A DNA stretch of 64,000 nucleotides from an uncultured Candidatus Poseidoniales archaeon (GTDB lineage Archaea > Thermoplasmatota > Poseidoniia > Poseidoniales > Thalassarchaeaceae): positions 11,657-75,656 of the forward strand of contig CAWVWT010000002.1 in the NCBI GenBank assembly GCA_963934015.1, in the 5' to 3' direction. Below, piece after piece: positions 8,889-17,660 of the stretch. Position numbers and translations under genes: made by a program. Numbering within the stretch: the first letter of the stretch is position 1; each line of letters starts with the position of its first letter. Under the pieces are notes generated by a model. The model was not told the DNA's origin and made no database searches. It saw only the letters and a list, made by a program, of their open reading frames with translations.

Positions 8889-11800
8889 CTAATCAAGAAT
8901 AGCATCCAATGTAGGGCTATTCGCAACAACGACATCAATGTCGAGATCTTGGTATTCGCCTTTACCAGTAATCGAGAACATCAGGGTGTGCCAACCGACC
9001 AGCATGGCAGGTAGGAGAATTGAACTGGTCAACAAGGCAAATGTGATGAGCATCATCATCAACAGGAAGAAATTTCTCAATCCTGGGATGTCAACCAAGA
9101 GACCAGCACTCAATCCAGCACACGTTGTCGCTGTGGTCTCAAATATGGTTTGTCCAGTTCTGGAAACTGTTTTTACAATTCCAGCAGGGGTCTCTTTCTC
9201 TTCGCGAATCCGATCAATGATGTGAATCGAATCATCGACACCAATACCGAATACAATGGTTGAGACCATTGCGGTGAATACGTTCACGTTCACATCGCCG
9301 CTATACATCAGCAACGGTTGCCACAAAACAACAACTCCTACCGCCGTCATTGTGAAGAATGCGAGTCTGAATGAGCGGAACAAAATTGCCATTACAACGA
9401 GCAGGACAAACATGGTCATTATCGTGGCATCTTTTTGCGCATCATGCACCCCCTTATTTATGTCCAAAGAAAGCGGTAAACCACCTGTCAATTCACTGAC
9501 TTCAACCTGTGGAAGGGAAGGGAATCCAACAGCGAGTAAACCATCGATTTCATCTCGCAACGCACCCGCATCTCTGAGATTGATGTAAGGTTGATTTACA
9601 TACACCAGAGTTTGGGTTTCGCCACCGTCGAATTCACTCACCTCATTCATCAACATCGAGCGAACTTCGACGGATAGTGTATCAAAAGCAACATCCACCA
9701 TTTGTGGTTGGCTGGAGCCCAAGTAGGGTAAACATTCGGGGTGCAAAATGTCACTAAAGTCGGGATCTTTGGTAATATTCCAACACTCATCGTGTAGGAT
9801 TTCCCACAGACTTTGTGGCTGGACGCCAGGAATTCCCAAATCAACATGTACAGCCCTGAGAATTGTGACCAAACTCACCGTTGTGGTTTCAGGCACATCA
9901 TCGATTTGGTTTTCCATGGCCGAAATGGAATCGAGTACATCGAGATCTCTTATCGGAGCATCGTTTTCCCCCGTATGATCTGTTGCATCAACGATGAACA
10001 TGTTCGTTTGCCCACCTTCAAACACTCGGCTATATTCTGCCAGTGTTTGGTAAGACTCAAGGCCAGGTGGGACTTCGTCCGAAGAACCTGTAATGTCGTC
10101 ACCCATTGTATCGGCCATCAATAGTACACCCACTCCACTAACCGCAAAGGCCACAAGAATGACTGCCCACCATCCGACGACAGGAATCTTTCCGATTTTT
10201 TTCCATGCCTTATCAGCGGTTTCCAATCCACGCTTTCGATATCGTAGGACCCAACCTAGTACAGGTACCATAATCATCGAGAAGAAGAATGTGCAGATAA
10301 TTCCAAGGACGAGAGTCAAGCCTACAGTTCGCATTGGCTTGATGGGAACAAGGAATGGCCAAGCCAGTACACTAAATCCAACGATGGTAGTTAGTGCTGA
10401 AAGGAAAATCGCATTTCCAGTAGTCATTACAGCATCCACAGTGGCATTGAGGTATACATCGGGGTCCCATGGGTCGATCTCTTCTGAGTGCAACCCTTCA
10501 CGCTGATTCCTCCATGCTTCTTCAGCAGCTTGTTCCAACCGTTCATTCCGTCCTTCCTCGATACGATTGATGAGATGTAATGCATAGTCGACCCCAAGTC
10601 CAATCAGAATAGGGCCAGCAGCGATAATCATCGGGGTTAATTCGATATCTGCCATCACGGTAATGCCAAAGGTCACGGCCAAACTCATGATGATAGGTGT
10701 GCCACAGATGATCAGAACTTTTGGATTACGATGTAAAATGAACATGGTGATAGCTACGAATGCGAGCGACCAAGGTAGCATGTATTCGAGTTGTTCGTAA
10801 ACCGCCTCTGAAACATCATGCAGCACAGGGGTTAGGCCAGTGATGGTAATTGCACGTCGTACACCATTGTCCGGAGTTCGCCATTCGCTCTCACCAGTTT
10901 CATCATTTTCATACCACATTGGTGATAATTTTTCCTCAAACCCCTTCGCACATAATGGACATTTTAGGTAATGTTCAGCTGAACCAAAGCGATAATCAAT
11001 ATCACCTGCTACAGATGATGGGTGAATGAGCCTTGCCGCATATTCAAGGAAGGCCTTGTGATCTTTGAGCACGCTCCCCGGCTCCCCTTTTGGATCGTCG
11101 CGTGGATCAATTTGAGTATCGGCCATGTCAAAGCGAATTCCCATGACGACCACAGCAGTGTCCCAAATTCCATCCGCATTTGTATCACGGACGAATGAAT
11201 CCATCAGGCTGCCAGCATTTTCGACCATTTCATTGACAGTACCTTGGTCTGATGGGATGCTGTACCCATCGTTTACACTGGTACTGGAAACAGGGCAATT
11301 TTCAAGATTGAATCCGACAACACCATGTTCTTCCATTGCACAAGTAAATCGCGCACGACTACTGTTTGCTTCCTTGATAATTTGTGCAGGAGATAGTATC
11401 CAAACGACACCATCCTTGCGGCCCCTGTCGTTTTTATCCCAATCCAGACCGCGATCATAGTTGGAGGGGTCACTCACATCATCCCCTTCAAGATAAGATA
11501 ACTGATTCAGGATGTCGACGCTGGTCACATTGTACTCACAATCGTCAATTTCTTCACAAGTTCCCCGAGTTGCTCCATCAATTGCATTATCTGTATGAAT
11601 GTAGAGCATCACGATGTCGGTCGACCAGCCTTCACGAACTTCAAGCAGTAATTCCTTGGATTCTGCACCATCTGGGAGATACACTTCGACATCGCCATTG
11701 ATTTGGTGTTGGAAATCAATCGAATATTGGCCAATAAAACCAGTGACAAGTAACAGGATGACAATGACGGCACCAGGGGATTTGTGTAGAGATCCGTAAA

Positions 11801-11969
11801 ATCCTCGCACTGGCTTTTCGACAGCATCGTGGACAAATTCCCCTGCTGAATCCATTTTGTCGGAAAGTCCGACCCACATCAGCCGTAAACGGGTGAAGGC
11901 TGACTCACCATCATCATCCGGCAGAACCGGTTCTGATGGATCATAACCGCCAGATTTGGGGTCGCTCAT
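8889..11969 (-). CDS. MMPL/RND superfamily transporter
   Basis: Two TM blocks with GLGVDYALH and GIGVDDSIH motifs, two large external loops. Confidence 0.9.
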   Translation of the reverse strand: MSDPKSGGYDPSEPVLPDDDGESAFTRLRLMWVGLSDKMDSAGEFVHDAVEKPVRGFYGSLHKSPGAVIVILLLVTGFIGQYSIDFQHQINGDVEVYLPDGAESKELLLEVREGWSTDIVMLYIHTDNAIDGATRGTCEEIDDCEYNVTSVDILNQLSYLEGDDVSDPSNYDRGLDWDKNDRGRKDGVVWILSPAQIIKEANSSRARFTCAMEEHGVVGFNLENCPVSSTSVNDGYSIPSDQGTVNEMVENAGSLMDSFVRDTNADGIWDTAVVVMGIRFDMADTQIDPRDDPKGEPGSVLKDHKAFLEYAARLIHPSSVAGDIDYRFGSAEHYLKCPLCAKGFEEKLSPMWYENDETGESEWRTPDNGVRRAITITGLTPVLHDVSEAVYEQLEYMLPWSLAFVAITMFILHRNPKVLIICGTPIIMSLAVTFGITVMADIELTPMIIAAGPILIGLGVDYALHLINRIEEGRNERLEQAAEEAWRNQREGLHSEEIDPWDPDVYLNATVDAVMTTGNAIFLSALTTIVGFSVLAWPFLVPIKPMRTVGLTLVLGIICTFFFSMIMVPVLGWVLRYRKRGLETADKAWKKIGKIPVVGWWAVILVAFAVSGVGVLLMADTMGDDITGSSDEVPPGLESYQTLAEYSRVFEGGQTNMFIVDATDHTGENDAPIRDLDVLDSISAMENQIDDVPETTTVSLVTILRAVHVDLGIPGVQPQSLWEILHDECWNITKDPDFSDILHPECLPYLGSSQPQMVDVAFDTLSVEVRSMLMNEVSEFDGGETQTLVYVNQPYINLRDAGALRDEIDGLLAVGFPSLPQVEVSELTGGLPLSLDINKGVHDAQKDATIMTMFVLLVVMAILFRSFRLAFFTMTAVGVVVLWQPLLMYSGDVNVNVFTAMVSTIVFGIGVDDSIHIIDRIREEKETPAGIVKTVSRTGQTIFETTATTCAGLSAGLLVDIPGLRNFFLLMMMLITFALLTSSILLPAMLVGWHTLMFSITGKGEYQDLDIDVVVANSPTLDAILD

Positions 11970-12043
11970 CGCTCCACCGAATCGTCATTTCATATTGAAG
12001 GGCTCGGATGGAAGAGGTCCTTATAGGACCTCTTGGTTCTTTA

Positions 12044-13009
12044 TCAGTCAAGGCCGAACTCTTGAATCAGCAGACGCCGCATCAGTCGGCGAGCTCCATG
12101 AAGCACGAGTGCTGCAAAGCAAAGTGAAGTACCAAGCATACCAATCCAAGCGGCAGTGAGTCCTGGTCCAACTGAAAGCGAAATCGTTCCATCGGTTAAC
12201 CCCTCGACTTCGTTGAGGCCTCTCATCCCGATGGCAGCACCAGTTGCTAGTAATGAAATCCCTGGCAAGCCAAAGAAGAGGAGTGGTTTTTTTTGTGAGA
12301 GCGAAATGAGGGCGAAACTCAGAACCGTAAATCCATGGGAAAGTGCTGTGTATCGGCTCCCCTTTGGGACATCATAACGAATTTTAGTTGGTACTTCCCC
12401 CACTCGGAGTTGCAGGTCGTCGCAAGCATTGAGTATTTCAAGACAAGATTCCATCCCGTCATGGTCGAAGTTTAGGCGTTCTAGGGCTTTGGGTCCAAAT
12501 GCTCTGAAACCACTTTGTGTATCCTTGATGTTGAGGTCACTTGAAAGATTGGAAGCCGCAGTGATGACTTTGATTCCAAGTGCGCGATATGTTGGCATAC
12601 TATCTGCTCCACCTCCTTTGACAAATCGGGATCCGATGACAACATCAGCATCGTCCGCTAAAATAGGTGCGAGTAAGGCAGGTATGTCACTCGCATCGTG
12701 TTGCCCATCACTATCTAAGATGACAAGTGCTTTTGCACGTCGTTCTTGAGCGGTGTTAAAGATGGTCTTGAGGGCTCCACCGTAACCTCGATTGGCACGG
12801 TGATGGTGAACCGTTGCCCCCAAAGTGCGGGCAATTCGCGATGAAGCATCTGAAGAACCGTCATCAACACAGAGGACTTCATCGACTTGTGATTGGCATG
12901 AAAGTACAACACTTCCGATAGTTTCCTCCTCATTGAAAACAGGCATTGCGGCCATGATAGGTCCATCCCAAACAATGGGTTTGACAACCTCTTCAGGCAT
13001 ACCTTCCAT
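12044..13009 (-). CDS. Glycosyltransferase family 2 (polyprenol-phosphate glycosyltransferase-like)
   Basis: PVFNEE, VDDGSSD, NRGYG, DSDGQH, DTQSGFRA, two C-terminal TMs. Confidence 0.9.
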   Translation of the reverse strand: MEGMPEEVVKPIVWDGPIMAAMPVFNEEETIGSVVLSCQSQVDEVLCVDDGSSDASSRIARTLGATVHHHRANRGYGGALKTIFNTAQERRAKALVILDSDGQHDASDIPALLAPILADDADVVIGSRFVKGGGADSMPTYRALGIKVITAASNLSSDLNIKDTQSGFRAFGPKALERLNFDHDGMESCLEILNACDDLQLRVGEVPTKIRYDVPKGSRYTALSHGFTVLSFALISLSQKKPLLFFGLPGISLLATGAAIGMRGLNEVEGLTDGTISLSVGPGLTAAWIGMLGTSLCFAALVLHGARRLMRRLLIQEFGLD

Positions 13010-13194
13010 GGACAATGGGCCCTTGAGTCCGCATTTCAACACTTCCCTTTCAGAACCGTCCAGAGGGTGTAAACGGCTAGTGCCGCCGGGGGCGGTTGAA
13101 ACTGATTCATTCCGCTAGGCGGGGGAGAAATGAATGAAAACAACTTGTTCTTGAGAACGTGAGATTGAAGAACAACTCCCCTGTCGCCAGTAGC

Positions 13195-14133
13195 ATGGAT
13201 GTCCTTGTGACCGGCGGTGCTGGCTTCATTGGTTCGCACCTTGTTGACCGCTTAGTTGCCCGTGGGGACAATGTTACAGTCTTCGACAACATGAGTAGCG
13301 GCCGCCAAGAATTCCTGGCGCACCATGGTAAATCGATTCATTTCATTGAAGATGACCTTCTCGACCTCAATGCAGTCAAGGATGCAATGACAGGTATTGA
13401 TTTCGTTTTCCATCTGGCGGCAAACCCAGATATCCGTTTGGGGACCCGGGTCACAGATACTGACCTCAAGCAAGGAACTGTAGCAACGTACAACGTTTTA
13501 GAAGCAATGCGCTGTGCAGGCGTGAAAAATATCGCATTTTCTAGCAGTAGTGTAGTCTATGGCGAGGCGTCCGAAATGCCGACCCCAGAATCATACGGTC
13601 CTTTGTTCCCCATCAGTTTGTATGGGGCTAGCAAATTAGGGTCAGAAGCGCTAATCACCAGTTGGGTTGGCACCTTTGGGCTCAAAGCTTGGTTGTTCCG
13701 CTTCGCGAACATCGTGGGCGCGCGCGGTACGCATGGTGTAATATTCGACTTCATTCACAAATTGAAGGCTGATCCAAATCGCCTTGAAGTGCTTGGAAAT
13801 GGTCGTCAGGAGAAGTCATACATGGAAGTCCTAGATTGTGCACGCGCAATGGTTCATCTAACCGAAACGGCAAATGAACAAGTCAATTGTTTCAATCTGG
13901 GAACTCACGACACCTGTAGTGTGCGCCGAATCGCTGAAATTGTTATCGAGGAAACAGGATTTGAGAATGTCAGTATCGAATATACCGGTGGCGACCGCGG
14001 ATGGGCGGGGGACGTTCCGAAAACGATGCTTGACCCTGGTGCACTTTTTTCCACAGGATTTGAACCTAATTTCAATTCTGAAACCGCTATACGCCACACC
14101 GCTTTCACACTCATACAGGAGATTGGATTGTAA
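13195..14133 (+). CDS. NAD-dependent epimerase/dehydratase (UDP-glucose 4-epimerase-like)
   Basis: TGGAGFIGSH, SSSSVVYG, YGASK. Confidence 0.92.
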   Translation: MDVLVTGGAGFIGSHLVDRLVARGDNVTVFDNMSSGRQEFLAHHGKSIHFIEDDLLDLNAVKDAMTGIDFVFHLAANPDIRLGTRVTDTDLKQGTVATYNVLEAMRCAGVKNIAFSSSSVVYGEASEMPTPESYGPLFPISLYGASKLGSEALITSWVGTFGLKAWLFRFANIVGARGTHGVIFDFIHKLKADPNRLEVLGNGRQEKSYMEVLDCARAMVHLTETANEQVNCFNLGTHDTCSVRRIAEIVIEETGFENVSIEYTGGDRGWAGDVPKTMLDPGALFSTGFEPNFNSETAIRHTAFTLIQEIGL

Positions 14134-14825
14134 TGCAACAAACACGACGTAACATGAATTCGCTAGTTGACGATGAGAACGCTGATGCACGAATCAGTTC
14201 ATTTTTTTCTATTTCTGCTATTTTGACCGTTGTCGGTGTAATCATTTGGACATTGGCACCACCCCCTGACATTGGTCCTGCAGAAGGTCAACTTGCCCCC
14301 GACATTGTCGGCGAAGCTCATTCCAATGGTGCTTGGGAAGAGTTCAGGTTGTACGATTACATTAATCATTCATGGACGAAAGGCGAATCCGGTCAACTCA
14401 TTTTCTTGCAATTCATGGATACCGATTGCCCACATTGTTGGTCAGATGCACCGAAAATGGATGACCTCTACACCAACTACGGTTCCAATGGTGCTGTAGC
14501 ATTTGTCACAATTTCAGCTGGCATGCTCAGTTCGGACCATAGCCGGGGGGAAATCGTCGCTTTCCAAGAGAAGGGCGACCGTGATGGATGTTATCACGAC
14601 GAGCGTAACTGCCAAAATCGAGATGGTGGAGTACACGATTGGCCCTATGTTGATGACCTCAGCATGAGGGTATTCAAGGATTATGATATTCCAGGTGTAC
14701 CCTTCCATCTTTTGTTATCACCTGATGGCACAGTTATATGGAACAGTGGGATGCATGGCGAGGACCAAGATCCCTTGAGAGAACCCGCTAGCGCAATTCA
14801 GTACCACCTGACGGAGAGTGTTTGA
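14133..14825 (+). CDS. Membrane-anchored thioredoxin-fold (TlpA/redoxin-like) protein, CPHC
   Basis: N-terminal TM, FMDTDCPHC, cis-Pro motif GVPF. Confidence 0.8.
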   Translation: MQQTRRNMNSLVDDENADARISSFFSISAILTVVGVIIWTLAPPPDIGPAEGQLAPDIVGEAHSNGAWEEFRLYDYINHSWTKGESGQLIFLQFMDTDCPHCWSDAPKMDDLYTNYGSNGAVAFVTISAGMLSSDHSRGEIVAFQEKGDRDGCYHDERNCQNRDGGVHDWPYVDDLSMRVFKDYDIPGVPFHLLLSPDGTVIWNSGMHGEDQDPLREPASAIQYHLTESV

Positions 14826-15458
14826 ATGGATCCAGTAATGGTGGAGTATGGCCCACTGGCTGTTTTCCTTTCCATCATGGCGATTGGTTGTTTGATTGCG
14901 AGCAATCAGAAAATATCACAATTCGAAGAAATGGGACAAATGCGACGTCGTTTGCTCGGATTATTTGTCATTGAGATGGGTGGTTTGGCGGCCAGTGCTT
15001 GGACGTTGATGATCCACAATCAAATGGTGACAGGTGGCTCGGAATTCTGTGCTGCCGAGGGTATTGTTCAATGCGGTTCTGTCATTGGAGACCCAATTTA
15101 TTCGGAATTTTTCGGAGTGCCATGGGGCGTCATCGGAATCGGGGCATTCTCAGTTTTAGGTTGGCTTACTCTTTCCATGTTCTTGGAAATGAAAGCGGAC
15201 TGGGCCAAGTCATACGCTGACTATGCATGGTGGTTGAGCATACCGAGTGTCCCAGGAATTGCGTGGCTGGTTCTCGTCGAACTCTTTCTTGTCGAGGGAG
15301 CACCACATATCTGCCCGTATTGCACAAGTGTTCACATTGCTCTCATCGCATGCATGTACATTCTCTACACGATTCGAAATGAACGTGATGAGGGCACATG
15401 GGAAGTGACGGCACAGTTGTCTAAAGCTGAACTTCTCGCCAAGGCGCGCAAGAAGTAA
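14826..15458 (+). CDS. Vitamin K epoxide reductase (VKOR) family protein
   Basis: Loop Cys pair (FC...QCGSV), SEFFGVP, CPYC in TM. Confidence 0.9.
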   Translation: MDPVMVEYGPLAVFLSIMAIGCLIASNQKISQFEEMGQMRRRLLGLFVIEMGGLAASAWTLMIHNQMVTGGSEFCAAEGIVQCGSVIGDPIYSEFFGVPWGVIGIGAFSVLGWLTLSMFLEMKADWAKSYADYAWWLSIPSVPGIAWLVLVELFLVEGAPHICPYCTSVHIALIACMYILYTIRNERDEGTWEVTAQLSKAELLAKARKK

Positions 15459-15749
15459 TCAGGGTTGGTATGTGCCACCAATTTCGAAGAGTGCGACATC
15501 TGTCCGCATATCGACTGGTTCCATTCGGATTACAGTAACGTCAAGGCGGGTCTCTGACGCATAGTGCGCGCGCAAGATATCATACAATCTACCCTGAACA
15601 TCTGCCATTTTCGCACCACGCAGAATGGTCACCATGCGGATCGGATTATCCTCCGGAAGCTCGACGATGTACTCGACAAGCCATTCTCGATCTACTTGAG
15701 CGTCCCCTAGACGCTCTTCTTCTCTCTCTTCAGGGATGTACGCCATCAT
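15459..15749 (-). CDS. Hypothetical protein
   Basis: 96-aa ATG ORF filling the gap between flanking genes. Confidence 0.6.
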   Translation of the reverse strand: MMAYIPEEREEERLGDAQVDREWLVEYIVELPEDNPIRMVTILRGAKMADVQGRLYDILRAHYASETRLDVTVIRMEPVDMRTDVALFEIGGTYQP

Positions 15750-15831
15750 AGTAATAGTTGCACTGGCAGACTATGAATGCTTCGCAGTATATCGTTTGAA
15801 CAAAATAACGAGGGTATGATATAGGACTACT

Positions 15832-16755
15832 TCATTGGACTGTGACTCGGCGCGTGACAATACTCGAACCCACAAGCGCCCCTACAAGTAATAATAGCGC
15901 GAAACCACCTCTATTTTCCGCTTTTCGGAGTAATTCCTCGTTTGAGATTCCAATTACCCCCCGAACCTCCTTATTTACTTCGATAACCGTCACAAAACCA
16001 TCTATGTCCCCCCATGTTTCCAAAATGAACACTGGTATACCCTCTTCACTGTACAGATTGCCATTGGAAATTACCCAACCCGATTCACCTTCAAACGAAT
16101 CCAAGACCGTTCCATTTGGAGTGAATGTAATCATCTGTGTGGCAACATCGTGGTGGATGTTGATTCCGTTATTGGCGATTTCATTGGTCATTTCAAGTGT
16201 CTCTAATCGGAATACGGTTATCTTCGCATTTTCTGGTAATTCTTCATCGAAGTGCAAGTAGAGTTTCTGTATATCATCGTGGGGCTGATTATGCCAGGTA
16301 TCCCACCATGCTTGCATTCCAATCCAATGCGCCCGATTTCCTTCGGCAGAGCGCAACTCATTTTCAAGAAGTGATTGACTGACTGAACCTTCCAGTGTGC
16401 CTTGTCCATCGAACCAGAATGTTGGCAAAGACAGAGAGTGGTCAGCCTGTTTGAGTGCCACTCGTTTGGTGGTAAGTGCACTACCGAATGGGTCATGATC
16501 ATCGGGGTGCAAGGCAACACGAACAACTCGACTTGAGTGGTCAGCGACAAATTCAGAAATCCAAGGGTCTACAGTTGCACATGTGTCACACCAAGTTGCT
16601 GTGTATTGTTCCAGCAGTATTGCGTGCCCCCCATTTGCCTCTCGCGATTCATCTGGGGCACGCATATCTGCACTTACAAAAGGTAGCAGAATGAGTATGA
16701 TGAGGGCCGTCGCCATCCCCTTCTGCATATCCCAAGCGTCTGAGTCGGGTCTCAT
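15832..16755 (-). CDS. Exported thioredoxin-like (Omp28-like) protein with C-terminal TM
   Basis: Signal peptide; LLEQYTATWCDTC; LPTFWFDG; C-terminal hydrophobic helix + RR. Confidence 0.72.
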   Translation of the reverse strand: MRPDSDAWDMQKGMATALIILILLPFVSADMRAPDESREANGGHAILLEQYTATWCDTCATVDPWISEFVADHSSRVVRVALHPDDHDPFGSALTTKRVALKQADHSLSLPTFWFDGQGTLEGSVSQSLLENELRSAEGNRAHWIGMQAWWDTWHNQPHDDIQKLYLHFDEELPENAKITVFRLETLEMTNEIANNGINIHHDVATQMITFTPNGTVLDSFEGESGWVISNGNLYSEEGIPVFILETWGDIDGFVTVIEVNKEVRGVIGISNEELLRKAENRGGFALLLLVGALVGSSIVTRRVTVQ

Positions 16756-16795
16756 TTACATATCCCGGGCTCAGCCCCGGCAGTGAGGGTGTGCA

Positions 16796-17593
16796 ATGAG
16801 CAAGCGTTGGTTTCAAGCGCATCAGCGCGATACATGGCGTCGTCAAGCCAGATCAAAGGGCTACCGAACCCGTTCAGCTTTCAAACTGAAACAGATTCAA
16901 GAAAAATTCCTGTTGATACGTGAAGGTGATTTGATTCTCGATGTCGGCTCCCATCCAGGTGGCTGGACACAAGTTGCAGTCGAAGAAACAGGTCCGAATG
17001 GACTTGTAATCGGCATTGACCTACTGGCCAGCGCCCCCGTCGAAGGTGCTCAAATGGTGCTGGGAGATGTGACTGATCCAAACTGTCAGGAAAGTATTCT
17101 TGATTTGTTACATGAGGGGTTGAAAGTCGATGGGACGAACCTGCACCCTGTAGCCGATGATGAAACACGCATGTTCAACACCATCGTGTCTGATATTTCG
17201 CCACGTTTGACTGGACAATACGATCGAGACCAAGCCATTTCCCTCGAATTGGTCGCGATGGTGTTTGATTTCACATTGCCATTACTCGCCCCAGGTGGTG
17301 CCTTTGTCACGAAAATTTTCCAAGGTACGGGAATCGAAGGGATTGTCAATGCTGCCAAGCAGCGATTTTCCAGAGTCCAGAGATTCTCGCCTGAGGCATC
17401 CCGAAGCTCCTCATCGGAAGTATTCCTTGTGTGTAGGAACAAACTTCCTCACCCCAAAAAAGGTTCCCGTGGAACATCAATCACACAGGAATTAGATATT
17501 CACCTTGAATCAGAAGGCATCATTCAGCAGAAAGATTCGGGGCCAAGGGATAGCGTGAAGAGTGGTTTCCGGCGTATTCCCAAGAAAGAGTGA
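16796..17593 (+). CDS. rlmE: 23S rRNA (uridine-2'-O)-methyltransferase RlmE/FtsJ
   Basis: GYRTRSAFKL, DVGSHPGGW, SDISP, KIFQG, SRSSSSEVF. Confidence 0.93.
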   Translation: MSKRWFQAHQRDTWRRQARSKGYRTRSAFKLKQIQEKFLLIREGDLILDVGSHPGGWTQVAVEETGPNGLVIGIDLLASAPVEGAQMVLGDVTDPNCQESILDLLHEGLKVDGTNLHPVADDETRMFNTIVSDISPRLTGQYDRDQAISLELVAMVFDFTLPLLAPGGAFVTKIFQGTGIEGIVNAAKQRFSRVQRFSPEASRSSSSEVFLVCRNKLPHPKKGSRGTSITQELDIHLESEGIIQQKDSGPRDSVKSGFRRIPKKE

Positions 17594-17660
17594 AACATTG
17601 CCTTCCAACGACCGGATTGAGACCGGGTATGGAAGGCATCAAATCCAAACCCCTCCTCGC

